Below, piece by piece: positions 18,360 to 30,024 of a stretch of 64,000 bases of DNA. Under the pieces are notes generated by a model. The model saw only the letters and a list, made by a program, of their open reading frames with translations, made no database searches and was not told the DNA's origin. The position numbers and the translations under genes are program-made. Location: assembly GCA_963804165.1 (NCBI GenBank), contig CAWDPO010000045.1, forward strand, positions 96,001 through 160,000, in the 5' to 3' direction. The DNA comes from an uncultured delta proteobacterium (GTDB lineage Bacteria; Desulfobacterota; Binatia; UBA9968). Each line of letters starts with the position of its first letter. Within the stretch, counting starts at the first letter, position 1.

Positions 18360-18693
18360 AATTAAGCTAGGTGGGTGGAGCGCCCTCGGTGGCGCGGCGG
18401 TATTAGCCCTCGTCGGCTTCAACTATGGCGGATGGGTCACCAGCGGTACCGCTGCGGCAATGGCGAAGGAGATCGCTGCCGATGCTGTCGCCGAGCGCCT
18501 GGGTACGATCTGTGTCGCACAATTTAACCGCGATTCGGATAAGGGCGATAAGGTCAAGGAAATGAAAGGAAAGGATTCCTGGGACAAAGGCCGCTATATA
18601 GAAAAGCAGAGTTGGGCGATCATGCCGGGTGAGGACAAGCCCGATAGCAAAGTTGCTGACGCGTGCGCCAAGCATCTTGCGGACAAAGCGTAA
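18346..18693 (+). CDS. Membrane-anchored hypothetical protein
   Basis: AGGAGG RBS; GF..GGWVT motif, two Cys, WAIMPG. Confidence 0.7.
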   Translation: MDWDKIKLGGWSALGGAAVLALVGFNYGGWVTSGTAAAMAKEIAADAVAERLGTICVAQFNRDSDKGDKVKEMKGKDSWDKGRYIEKQSWAIMPGEDKPDSKVADACAKHLADKA

Positions 18694-18766
18694 AAGAAGT
18701 GGGCAGCGATCGCCGGCGAGTTGCCGGTGGATTCGTCACTGTTAAAACAGTCATTCCCGTCTAAGC

Positions 18767-18800
18767 CGTCGCCATGCCTGTGGACGCGGGCATGGCGACG
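18767..18800. terminator. Hairpin between convergent genes
   Basis: 12-bp perfect stem CGTCGCCATGCC/GGCATGGCGACG. Confidence 0.55.
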
Positions 18801-18946
18801 CTTTGGAATTCACGCATTCCACGTTGCGAGAGACGCAAAAAAATTATTCTTCGCTCTCGTGCCTTCGTTTTTCTTCTTCATTCCTGGTTCACGACGAGAC
18901 CTGCGACTTAGAGAATCCCGTCGCCTGAAGAGGCTCGGCGTTGGTT

Positions 18947-20812
18947 CTAACCGCGGTGAATTGCCCGCTTAATCGTAGCGAGAACTTCTTCTTCAGCGTA
19001 CGGCTTCTGAAACACTCCGTTCAGCTCTCCTTTTGCCAATAGCGACTCGACTTCGGCGGACACGTAACCGCTGGCAATGATTCCTTTCAGCTTTGGATTG
19101 ATTTTTCTCATCTGTTGAAAAGCTTCCCAGCCATTCAGTTTCGCCAAGCCCCAATCAAGAATCGCTATGGCGATCTCGTCTTTGTGTCGAGCATGCACTT
19201 CCACCGCTTCGGGTCCGTTTTGCGCGGTCAAGACTCTAAATCCTTCCCTTTCCAGTAAATCTCGCATCAAATCAGAGAGCCTTGCCTCGTCTTCCGCATA
19301 GAGAACCGTCTCACGACGCCGTGATCGATCCTCTATGTTGTTTTGCCCGGCAATTACCGCAACTGCCGCTCCCTCGTCTCCTGGAATCGGCAAATAAATA
19401 TGGAACGTCGAACCGCAACCTGGTTCACTGGTTACCTCGACGAAGCCGGCATGTACACTGACCATACCGTGAACTATTGAAAGGCCGAGACCCGTCCCTT
19501 GGTCCGGCTTCTTGGTGGTAAAATAGGATTCAAAGACCCGGCTCCTAACGTCTGCCTCCATTCCAATGCCGGTATCTGCGACGCTGATGTGTACGTATTG
19601 TTCTGCTTTGGCTTTGGAGAAGCGTTGGCGCAGAACGGCACCCAAGGTCGTTTGAGTCTGCAATAGAATTTTCCCGCCGTCCGGCATTGCGTCCCGCGCG
19701 TTAATGCAGAGATTGAGTATTATCTGATATATGAGACCGGCATCGATCATGATCATCGGCACGCGGGGATCGAAATCTGTCGCGATCACGATTGTCGTCG
19801 GAAACATCGGAGACAATAATTTAATCATTCGTTGAAGCAGGCCATTGATATCTGCAAGTTCGAAATCTGTCTCTGTCTTTCGCCCAGCCGCGAGGATCTG
19901 CCGCGTCAGCCCCACCCCCTCCTCGACGGTTGCCCTGATCACTTCCGCGTGCTCGACAACATTATTTGGTTCGGTCGGACTCGTCATAATCAGTGTTGCA
20001 TAGGCCCGGATGACATTTAAAACGTTATTGAAATCGTGAGCGATGCTGGCCGCGACGTTATTTACGTCGGTCTTTCTCCTAGTCAATTTCGCCGTGCTTT
20101 CCACGATCCGCGCCTGCAACTCGCCGTTTAGCTGCTGCAGCTTCTCTTCCACCCTCGTTTTGTTCTCAAGGTGCGCCTGCAATGCTGCGTTTGTGGCGGC
20201 TAAGTCCAACGCTTGTTGACGCTTGTCTCGGGCTACGGCTTCGTCGCCGGCCCGTGCTTGCCATAATTGCCAGGAGGCCGACGCGAATTGAGCTAGTGTC
20301 TTGATGATCCGTTCGTCTTCCCGATCGAATTTGCGGCGCTCGTCGTGGGCGACGACCCACACCGTGCCGATCGGTTTGTGCCCGACGTGAAACGGGATGA
20401 GCAAGGCCTCGACGACGGGCGGCTGCGATCTTAGCGCTGGGAAAATGCGCTCCGCCATGTACATGAGCTGAGCTGCGTTCCGGTCGATTGTGGTGCCACA
20501 AGGACTTGCGTCTCTGGGCATCGTGGCGTTACGGCGGTCGCTAAAGACTCCCGCCAGCGCCTCCCAACGGAACACCTCCGCGCCATCTTTTTCGTCTAAC
20601 AAGCTGATTCCGGCGGTATCAGCGCGGCAAAGTTGCAAGGCTGTTTCGGCGAGCCTTTGCAAGATCATATTGGGCGCATCCGCAAGGGTCTGCGCCAGAG
20701 CGATCAAAGCCTGATTTTCGGCTTTATAGTTGGGTGCTTTGGAGGGTCTGTTTAGGAGCTCGGAATTTATGACGACGTCTTCTAACCGCAATGGAGATTG
20801 GTGCACATTCAT
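18947..20812 (-). CDS. GAF-containing hybrid histidine kinase/receiver
   Basis: AHDFNN H-box, NARDAM, DTGIGM, GTGLGL, C-terminal receiver; ATG 20812 after GGAGG, upstream promoter supports this start. Confidence 0.9.
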   Translation of the reverse strand: MNVHQSPLRLEDVVINSELLNRPSKAPNYKAENQALIALAQTLADAPNMILQRLAETALQLCRADTAGISLLDEKDGAEVFRWEALAGVFSDRRNATMPRDASPCGTTIDRNAAQLMYMAERIFPALRSQPPVVEALLIPFHVGHKPIGTVWVVAHDERRKFDREDERIIKTLAQFASASWQLWQARAGDEAVARDKRQQALDLAATNAALQAHLENKTRVEEKLQQLNGELQARIVESTAKLTRRKTDVNNVAASIAHDFNNVLNVIRAYATLIMTSPTEPNNVVEHAEVIRATVEEGVGLTRQILAAGRKTETDFELADINGLLQRMIKLLSPMFPTTIVIATDFDPRVPMIMIDAGLIYQIILNLCINARDAMPDGGKILLQTQTTLGAVLRQRFSKAKAEQYVHISVADTGIGMEADVRSRVFESYFTTKKPDQGTGLGLSIVHGMVSVHAGFVEVTSEPGCGSTFHIYLPIPGDEGAAVAVIAGQNNIEDRSRRRETVLYAEDEARLSDLMRDLLEREGFRVLTAQNGPEAVEVHARHKDEIAIAILDWGLAKLNGWEAFQQMRKINPKLKGIIASGYVSAEVESLLAKGELNGVFQKPYAEEEVLATIKRAIHRG

Positions 20813-20865
20813 GTTGCCTCCACCTGGGATTTCTCCCTTGTAGGTCCTTTTCGTGAAAAAAACGC

Positions 20866-20908
20866 ACCATATTATCCTTCTGGTTAACAATCTGTCTAAA
20901 ATTGGACA
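20866..20908 (-). promoter_or_regulatory. Operator copy g plus -10 TATGGT
   Basis: TGTCCAATTTTAGACA-N21-TATGGT. Confidence 0.7.
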
Positions 20909-20934
20909 AATTGAAGAAAAAATGGCCACGCGGT

Positions 20935-21335
20935 TTGGCGCAAGTGGAGGTAACATCGGAGGAGGCGGCGCACCCGATCGAGTCGGGATTGCTAACCGGG
21001 GACTGAATCGGGTTGGCGAGCTGCGCAACCGGGACCGCAGACCGTGCGCCTTGTGTTTGACCAGCCGCTGAGAATCAAGCGTCTGCATTTGGATTTTCGC
21101 GAAGATGAATTGGAGCGCACTCAGCAGTTTGTGCTGCGGTGGTTCGTCAAACGGCGGGCAATCCTATCGGGAAATCGTGCATCAGCAGTATAATTTCAGC
21201 CCTCCCGCCACGAACAGTGAGTGCGAGGATTATCCTGTGGAACTTGACGGTGTCACCACGATCGAGCTGAGCATCGTTCCAGACATCAGTGGCGGACCGG
21301 CCCGCGCGTCGCTCGCGCAGTTTCGCCTTGCGTGA
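20935..21335 (+). pseudogene. 5'-truncated, frameshifted galactose-binding-like (carbohydrate-binding) protein
   Basis: Segments VEVTSEEAAHPIES / GWRAAQPGPQTVRLVFD..ERTQQFVLRW / REIVHQQYNFSP separated by frame breaks. Confidence 0.55.
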
Positions 21336-21379
21336 GCACTGCGAAGCCTTTGCATCATGACCGGCGCGGGGGGCTCGGT

Positions 21380-21730
21380 CTAACTCCTCTTGGTCATTTC
21401 AACCTTGGCAAAGCAGCGCTGAATAAAAGCTCCTAGCGGCCCCGCCGCTTGCCGTCGCAGAATCTCGCCGAGATCCCCCTTATTGAGCCAAATCCCTTCG
21501 CAACTTTCACAGCGCTCTACAACAAAGCCCTTAACAGCGTATTTCGCGAATTGTCCTGAACACTTCGGGCAAGTCGCCATCTGAACTTCCCGCCGGGCCG
21601 CTTCAGCCTTGTGAAATTCGAACTTCATATCTTCGACCAGCTCATGTTCTTTCCCGGCAAAATAACGATCTTCGTTGGCGTGCTCATCGAACTGCGGTTC
21701 ATCGCCGGGCCGCCGCGTTTCGCTCTTCAT
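21380..21730 (-). CDS. zf-TFIIB-type zinc ribbon protein
   Basis: EDRYF, CPKC, CESCEGIWLNKGDL. Confidence 0.8.
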   Translation of the reverse strand: MKSETRRPGDEPQFDEHANEDRYFAGKEHELVEDMKFEFHKAEAARREVQMATCPKCSGQFAKYAVKGFVVERCESCEGIWLNKGDLGEILRRQAAGPLGAFIQRCFAKVEMTKRS

Positions 21731-21795
21731 ATTTCGCTCTCCTGACTTCATTGAATCATCGCCGGTCGATGCACCCCTCATTGCCAATTCAGCGG

Positions 21796-23895
<2,100 letters not shown>

Positions 23896-24046
23896 GTGTA
23901 ACTCAGCTTTCTTTTTGAAAGACTCTTTGCCGGGTTCCGGCGGATTGATAAGAGCGATGGAAGTTAAATCCACCGCGGCGGGGAAAAACTATCGGCGCCG
24001 CCTCATTCCTGCTGTACTCATTGACGTCGGCTCGGTGTTCTTCGTG

Positions 24047-24617
24047 CTACACTTTTCGGTAAGGGTTGACGTACTCCTCGTAGAGCCCTTCCTTGCCTTT
24101 GGCTTGTAACTCGCGCGACCGGTCCGTGAGAACCTTTTTGTCTTCGACAAAAGCCTTCCTGGTAAATCCTAAATTACCGGGATGGGTGCCGGTGTCCATG
24201 CGAATCGCGTCGCACGGACAGGCTTCGACGCAAAAGCCGCAATAGATGCAGCGCAACGTATCGATTTCATAGCGCACCGCGTACTTCTCGACCGGATCAC
24301 GCGGGTCTTCTCCGGCCTCGATGTAGATACACTCAGCCGGGCAGGCAGTTGCGCACAAGAAAGCAAGCCGTGCAGTTGGCGGTGTCATCCGCGCCGAGAG
24401 TCAGACGGTGACGGCCGCGAAAGGTGTCCGGGTAAGAAGCTCTTTCCTCCGGATATTGCACCGTGACATCGGCTTGACGGGTTTTCGCCAAACCGAAGGC
24501 GTGCAAAATATGGATGCTCAGATTACGCCAAAAGCGGAACCCGGTTACGGAGAGACCGCGCACGATCTCCGGCACGTACGCTCTCTCCCAGAGCGACATG
24601 TGTTCAATTCTTTTCAT
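24047..24617 (-). CDS. nuoI: NuoI-like 2x[4Fe-4S] subunit (one frameshift near 24360)
   Basis: [42 protein letters not shown]. Confidence 0.8.
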
Positions 24618-24637
24618 CGCTCACCCGTTGGGAAAAA

Positions 24638-25246
24638 TCATTTTGGTAGGCTGTCTTCGAGATTATCCGCCAACTCGCCGCCCATGTAGAGTTCAATTTG
24701 CTTTTTTTCCAGCCGTCGTTTTTCCTCGGCGTCCATGACGTACACGCCGTTCACCGCATCGATTTGCTTTGGCTCGTAAAAATTCCTGGACAGCTCGGCG
24801 CCCTCGTCGAATTCGTACATCTTTATCGCATCCCAGGGGCAGATTTTTTTATCGAGCCGATCGTCGGACTCCGTGCCAATCAGCTCCAGCTGAAATTTCT
24901 TCGGCAGCCTGTTCTCATCGACCGGCTTTTTGGAGCTGTCGTAATATCTCCCGGCATACTCGCGGAAGATTTCGCCGGTTTCCTTGTGCCGATGGATCTT
25001 GGTTAAATCATCACTGAAACACATCTGGCAGCCGATGCACTTGTCGTTGTCTACCCAGACTCGATAGGGCTTCAGTCCTCCGGCGGGGGTTTCCTCATAG
25101 AGTAAATTAATGCAGTTTTCCACCGGGCAGTGGAGTTCGCATAGCGGCGAGCCGGCACAGCTACTACAATTTTCGTCCATGACGGCGAGCAGCGCGGTGC
25201 CTTTTCGCTTCTTCTTCTCTTCAGGTTGTGCCGTCAGATCTGGCAT
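24638..25246 (-). CDS. 4Fe-4S dicluster ferredoxin-like protein with insertion
   Basis: CSSC...CELHCP, CIGCQMC...ICPWDAI; GGAG RBS before ATG 25246. Confidence 0.75.
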   Translation of the reverse strand: MPDLTAQPEEKKKRKGTALLAVMDENCSSCAGSPLCELHCPVENCINLLYEETPAGGLKPYRVWVDNDKCIGCQMCFSDDLTKIHRHKETGEIFREYAGRYYDSSKKPVDENRLPKKFQLELIGTESDDRLDKKICPWDAIKMYEFDEGAELSRNFYEPKQIDAVNGVYVMDAEEKRRLEKKQIELYMGGELADNLEDSLPK

Positions 25247-25483
25247 GCTTTCTCTCCAGTAGGTTACTGAACACCTCTTTTGACGCCTGTATTCATCCTG
25301 ATCGTGCCCGTGAGACTTGACCCGTGAATTAATCGAGCACAATCACATGCGCGCAGGCAGCGGTCTGGCAACTGGATCCAAGAACCTCTTGATTGTCTTT
25401 GACTAGGGACCATACGCAAAATCACGAATAGGCACACGCTAACCGCGTCAAACGGCTTGCCAAAAAAGAGCCTTTTCGATTTA

Positions 25484-25526
25484 AACTTACCTTGTGTGGG
25501 AAGGGGTTACTGTCTAATATTGAACG
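25484..25526 (-). promoter_or_regulatory. Operator copy h plus -10 TAAGTT
   Basis: CGTTCAATATTAGACA-N21-TAAGTT. Confidence 0.75.
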
Positions 25527-25708
25527 AGTTTGCAAAGAAATTAGCGCCTCCCCAAATGTGCCTAAACAGCCGCGCTGAACGACCCATGGCAAGCCATCCC
25601 TTTCACAAGGAGTGACTCATTTTAAATCGAAGAGGACCGCAATTTTTTCAGCCGACCCAACATAATTGGACACTCTTACTTCCATCGCAGGGGGTTAGGC
25701 GTAACGAT

Positions 25709-25936
25709 TTATGACGGCGAGGGAGGGTCATCGATCCATGCTTCCGCCAAGCCTATCATGTGCTTTTCTGTTTCCCGCCAACTGTCGAAATTATAGAGAG
25801 GGCCAATTATCGTGTGTGATCCTCGCCGACCGTCAGCTTGCCAACTGATGTCAGCGATAGGAACCCAAGACCTAGTATTTTCGTCGAACCGAGCGGATAC
25901 AACGATGAGCGGATTTTTGTAGAACAAATTGGCCAT
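25709..25936 (-). CDS. Hypothetical protein (75 aa)
   Basis: GGGAG RBS; shares the YK...W.P...EAE..A..WID pattern with 27321-27581. Confidence 0.6.
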   Translation of the reverse strand: MANLFYKNPLIVVSARFDENTRSWVPIADISWQADGRRGSHTIIGPLYNFDSWRETEKHMIGLAEAWIDDPPSPS

Positions 25937-26167
25937 GCGGGCTCCCCTGCTCGGGCTTCCGGTCACCGCTGACCCGGTTTTTTTAAGCTCGGACAAATAT
26001 AGATTAGCTTCTGCATGTTGCTACCGGATGCAAGACAATGGCTTATTGTTAGCTACATGACAATTCAAAATGCGTCACGATCCTTTCAGTCTCGTACTTT
26101 TCCGCTGTTATTCAATACGGTCCGGGAAAGGGGGTAGCCCCTTCCCGAACCGAAAGGCCTCTTTGGA

Positions 26168-26485
26168 CTAGGCCGCTTTCGCTGCGATCTGGTGGGAAGT
26201 CGAATTGGCGACCTCAAAGGACTCCACTTTCGGAGTGCCGTCAACCACCTTGGACAGGGTCTTCAAGACCTCGGGATATTTCTCGCGATTGTAAGCTTCC
26301 GCGTCTTCTTTCTTATCCCAGAAACTAATCGCTACCGCATCGTTACGTTCTGGGGCGACGAGGGTGATCTCGTCCTTAAATCCCTTTTGTTTGCGGAGCA
26401 CGGGAATTACCTCGTTCTCAAGAGTGCGGGCAAACTCCGTCGCGCTATTGGCCTTCAGCTTCATACTGACGTTGCGAGTATACAT
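26168..26485 (-). CDS. ABM/dimeric alpha-beta barrel-like protein
   Basis: QKGF..ISFWD..AEAY; AGGAGG RBS; paralog at 28102. Confidence 0.75.
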   Translation of the reverse strand: MYTRNVSMKLKANSATEFARTLENEVIPVLRKQKGFKDEITLVAPERNDAVAISFWDKKEDAEAYNREKYPEVLKTLSKVVDGTPKVESFEVANSTSHQIAAKAA

Positions 26486-26528
26486 TTCAACCTCCTTGGT
26501 TGGACTGGTGGTAGGGTGGAGGATTTTG

Positions 26529-26576
26529 GGCTTACGTGAAGAATTTCAGGTAACCGAGGAAGGAAACCCTAGGACT
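26529..26576 (-). other. Conserved 5' leader element, copy 1
   Basis: 41/48 identical to 27762-27809; follows a TTGACA-N16-TACTGT promoter. Confidence 0.55.
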
Positions 26577-26812
26577 AACTTCTTTAACAGTAGTCACTAA
26601 GCACCCGTTGTCAAGGTGAATCTCGAAGACGCCCCGAGCAAATCCACTTGTCCAGAAAAAGGAACGTCGATCTTACGGTTCGCTCGCCGCGCGCGGATCA
26701 TCTGCGTGATCGGTCGAAGGGCAATCCACCTACAACGGGAATAAAAATCGATCGGTGATAGTTATTTCTCCAGCCATAGCGGAAGATATCCTTATCCTGT
26801 GGCCGGCAGAGC

Positions 26813-27307
26813 TCAGGCTGAAACCTGGGCAGTTCTTACCAGCCATTTCTCCTGCATGATCTTGTCCTGGATTCTCAGAAGGCCCTCGGTCAAGGCTTCC
26901 GGCCGTGGCGGGCAGCCGGGAACATAAACGTCGACGGGAATGATTTTGTCCACGCCTTTGCAGACCGAATAGGCGAGCTGAAAAAGCCCGCCGCAGTTGG
27001 CGCAGCTGCCCATAGAAATGACGTACTTCGGATCAGGCATCTGATCGTAGAGGAGCTTGGTGCGCTTGGCCATTTTGTAGGTCAGTGTGCCGGCGACGAT
27101 CATCAGATCGGATTGTCGCGGCGTGGCGCGCGGCACTGCGCCGAAGCGATCGATATCGGCGCGCGGACCGCCCGTCTGCATCAACTCGATAGCGCAACAA
27201 GCCAAGCCGAACAACATGTACCATTGCGACGAGGCGCGGCCCCAGTTGAGCAGCTCGTCAACCTTTGTTGTAAAAACGGTTTCCGGTAACTGGTTCAATA
27301 ACGACGT
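26813..27307 (-). CDS. nuoB: NADH-quinone oxidoreductase subunit B (orphan; apparent ACG start)
   Basis: [37 protein letters not shown]; AGGAGG 5 nt before an in-frame ACG. Confidence 0.9.
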   Translation of the reverse strand, partial: TSLLNQLPETVFTTKVDELLNWGRASSQWYMLFGLACCAIELMQTGGPRADIDRFGAVPRATPRQSDLMIVAGTLTYKMAKRTKLLYDQMPDPKYVISMGSCANCGGLFQLAYSVCKGVDKIIPVDVYVPGCPPRPEALTEGLLRIQDKIMQEKWLVRTAQVSA

Positions 27308-27320
27308 AAAAACCTCCTGG

Positions 27321-27581
27321 TCATCGTTTCTGCTCGATAACCGTCACTTCTTTATCGATCCAATGCATGGCGTCTTGCAGGGCAAACTCGTCGGCTTCGT
27401 TTTCACTCCAAAACGCTTTGTCGAGTTGAGCGTGATGCGATGAAACGCCACTGGTTTTGTTTTCGGCATCCTGACGCGTCACGGTATACTGTGGAATCCA
27501 GGTGCCTTTGGTTTCCCCCTGAAACGATTCACTGCGAATGAGACAGTTCTTGTATGAAATGCTGCTTTTCATTTTTTTCAC
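27321..27581 (-). CDS. Hypothetical protein (86 aa)
   Basis: ORF coupled to the upstream small ORF by a GTGA overlap. Confidence 0.6.
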   Translation of the reverse strand: MKKMKSSISYKNCLIRSESFQGETKGTWIPQYTVTRQDAENKTSGVSSHHAQLDKAFWSENEADEFALQDAMHWIDKEVTVIEQKR

Positions 27582-27703
27582 TCCGTTGCCTCATCGTCGA
27601 TAAGGATCGTCTGGTGTTCGCTATTTACAATGTGAAACCTGTTCAATAGGATCCCAATGATTATCAAAGCCATAGGGATGGCGATAATGAATAAAGAACT
27701 CAA
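27578..27703 (-). CDS. 41-aa single-TM small protein ([41 protein letters not shown])
   Basis: TTG start after AGGGA; stop overlaps the next start; translated by hand. Confidence 0.45.
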   Translation of the reverse strand: MSSLFIIAIPMALIIIGILLNRFHIVNSEHQTILIDDEATE

Positions 27704-27761
27704 TCTATTTCCCTATTTGGCCGGAGCTGACGGCCCTTTGCTTGGAGGGGTGATGAAGAGA

Positions 27762-27809
27762 GGCTTACTTGAAGAATTTCAAGTAACCGCGGAGGCGAAC
27801 CCTACGACT
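27762..27809 (-). other. Conserved 5' leader element, copy 2
   Basis: Perfect 9-bp stem TTACTTGAA/TTCAAGTAA. Confidence 0.55.
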
Positions 27810-28101
27810 GCGAGAAGAGAGTAAAGCCTAGGTGAATTAAGTCGTGATAGCAAGTCAAGCTGTGCAGACGTCAAGTGATGTCCGAGAATCCGTTATCTAC
27901 CTAATCTGCGCTGCAGCGACTTGCGAAAACGAGATACCAAAAACCGGATTCGGAGCATCGGATCATGTTCCGGTCAACTTCCCTTGCCGACCATCGCCAA
28001 CGAATGACAACTCACTGGTTTTTAATTTTTCTAGTGGTACAGGCCCAGTCGTAGTGGTCTGATACTTGTCGCGAATGTGATCGCTTTGACCGCCTGCAAA
28101 G

Positions 28102-28422
28102 TCATGCGGAAATTGCGCCGAGCAGCGGATCACTCGTCAAGTCTATGACTTCGAAGGCTTCCATGAAGGGCACGCTTTCAGTCACCATCGACAGAGTTCT
28201 CAAGACATCAAGATAGGCCACGTGATTGTAAGCGTCCGCATTCTCTTGGTTATCCCAGAAACTGATCGCGACTGCCTCGTTCCGCTGGGAAGTAACGAGG
28301 GTAATCTGATCCTGAAAGCCTTTTTGTGTGCGCAACAAAGGAATAATTCGCTCCTTCAGTAGCTGTCTAAACGCGTTTGCACTGTTGGCCCGGAGCTTAA
28401 TTCTGACGTTCCGCGTGTACAT
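28102..28422 (-). CDS. ABM-like protein, paralog of 26168-26485
   Basis: MYTRNV..KL.ANSA..QKGF..ISFWD. Confidence 0.75.
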   Translation of the reverse strand: MYTRNVRIKLRANSANAFRQLLKERIIPLLRTQKGFQDQITLVTSQRNEAVAISFWDNQENADAYNHVAYLDVLRTLSMVTESVPFMEAFEVIDLTSDPLLGAISA

Positions 28423-28505
28423 TGACCTCCCTGGTCAGTCTAGGTAGAGAGTTACTTTTTGTCAGTTCAATCTCTTGGGAAACCGTGAAGTGAAACCCGA
28501 TGCTG

Positions 28506-29036
28506 TCAGTTATGCGAACCCGACTCGGGTAATCCGTGGGTCTTTTCAGCCTCTTTGCGTGCGAGTGCTTTGTCGACCTGCTCTTCCGTCGCACCTCTTG
28601 TCTCTCCCAACACTTCGGAAAGCTCACAAATTAGGAACTTTTTCGCCTTATTCAGTGTTTGTCGATCGCGCAGAGAAAGCGCCCTGATTTCGTTCAGCAT
28701 CGTCAGGGACTCAACGATTTCTGCCAAGTCAAATGCCGAACCCGAGCTCAACAGTTTCAAGTTGTCGATCGCACGCTGCTTCCAGTTTTTGGCTGTCGTG
28801 ACTGCATTCTCCAAATAGCTCAGCAGTTTCGGAACTTCCGATTTGCCCATTAACTGCCGCATCCGCAGAGCCTTGACTTTATCTACTGGGACAAAAACTG
28901 CGTCGCCGCTATCGTCCAACAACGTCAGGCGGTAAACGCGTGTCGTCCGACCCGCAACAATCTTGTTTTCCACTGCATCGATCAGGCAGGGGCCCTGAGA
29001 AGGATAAACGACCTTATTCCCAATACTGAACGGCAT
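28506..29036 (-). CDS. carD: CarD family transcriptional regulator
   Basis: FSIGNKVVYPSQG, VFVP, WKQR, GSAFDLAEIV; GAGGAGG RBS. Confidence 0.85.
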   Translation of the reverse strand: MPFSIGNKVVYPSQGPCLIDAVENKIVAGRTTRVYRLTLLDDSGDAVFVPVDKVKALRMRQLMGKSEVPKLLSYLENAVTTAKNWKQRAIDNLKLLSSGSAFDLAEIVESLTMLNEIRALSLRDRQTLNKAKKFLICELSEVLGETRGATEEQVDKALARKEAEKTHGLPESGSHN

Positions 29037-29046
29037 TGGATCCTCC

Positions 29047-30024
29047 TCAAACATTCACATCCTCAAAACCTCTTTGGCTTCCCTCAGACATGTTCTCCAG
29101 CCGATGGAGCATGGCGCGAATACTGCCGGTGGCCATCGCAATGCTTGTGTCGGCAGCACCGTAGTAGAGACGCAGGGTGTCGCCATCGGGAGCGATCGTC
29201 GTGCCGCAAGGGAAAACGACATTGTCGACATCGCCGCGCTGCTCATAATCTTCTTCCGGACCAAAGACCCATTCATCGCTGCGTTTCAGACAACGCTCCG
29301 GCGCTGCCAAATCAAACAACGCAAGCCCCAAGCGGTAAATCGCGCCGGCGGCTGTCTGGCGCACGCCATGATAGATCACTAACCAGCCTTGAGGTGTTAG
29401 TAGCGGCGGCGGTGAGAGACCTATTTTGTTAGCGTCCCACCAAGCACCCCGCCGCGCCTGTAGCATCAGCTTGTGCTTGCCCCAGTGGCACAGGTTCTCT
29501 GAAAACGAGATCCACATATGCGCGCGCGGCGCGCTCACCGGCCGGTGAATCAAGGCCCACTGACCGCCGATCCGATGGGGAAGCAGCGCGGCATCTTTAT
29601 CTTCCGGCGGCATGATGACGCCGTAGCGCTCGAAATCGCGGAAATTCTCCGTGAGCGCCAGCGAGACGCCCGGGCCGTCGCGTGTGAACGCCGTGTAGAC
29701 GACGGCGTATTTTTTTAGTTCTTCAACGTAGGTGATGCGCGGATCCTCGATGCCCCATAATTCTTCCGGATAACGTTCCGGATCGGCCGCCATCGTCGGT
29801 TGGGACTCGATCTGCCAATGATCGACGCCGTTGACGGAGCGGGCGACAGACAAATGGGAATGGCCGCGGCGATCTTCAACGCGACAAAGCAGTAGCGTCG
29901 TGCCATCGGGCAGTAACGTCGCTCCCGGGTTAAACACGCTGTTCACGGGATAGGGCCAATCCGCGGCAGTTAAGATCGGATTGTGCGCGCAACGTTCAAA
30001 GAGCTCGACATGATGATTGGACAT
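29047..30024 (-). CDS. GH130-like glycosidase/phosphorylase
   Basis: NPIL, VFNPGA, GIEDPRI, EDKDAAL, VVFPCG, YYGAADT. Confidence 0.85.
   Translation of the reverse strand: MSNHHVELFERCAHNPILTAADWPYPVNSVFNPGATLLPDGTTLLLCRVEDRRGHSHLSVARSVNGVDHWQIESQPTMAADPERYPEELWGIEDPRITYVEELKKYAVVYTAFTRDGPGVSLALTENFRDFERYGVIMPPEDKDAALLPHRIGGQWALIHRPVSAPRAHMWISFSENLCHWGKHKLMLQARRGAWWDANKIGLSPPPLLTPQGWLVIYHGVRQTAAGAIYRLGLALFDLAAPERCLKRSDEWVFGPEEDYEQRGDVDNVVFPCGTTIAPDGDTLRLYYGAADTSIAMATGSIRAMLHRLENMSEGSQRGFEDVNV

Noticed and set aside
20813-21088. N-terminal extension of the kinase as called by the ORF track (713 aa)
   Set aside because: It overlaps the operator, the -10 element and an opposite-strand pseudogene. 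ATG 20812 has a good RBS.
25657-26062. Partial operator-like matches (ATTGGACA half-site near 25665; TGTTAGCTACATGACA at 26047)
   Set aside because: One is a half-site and the other lacks the AATATT core; neither has a -10 element at 21 bp.
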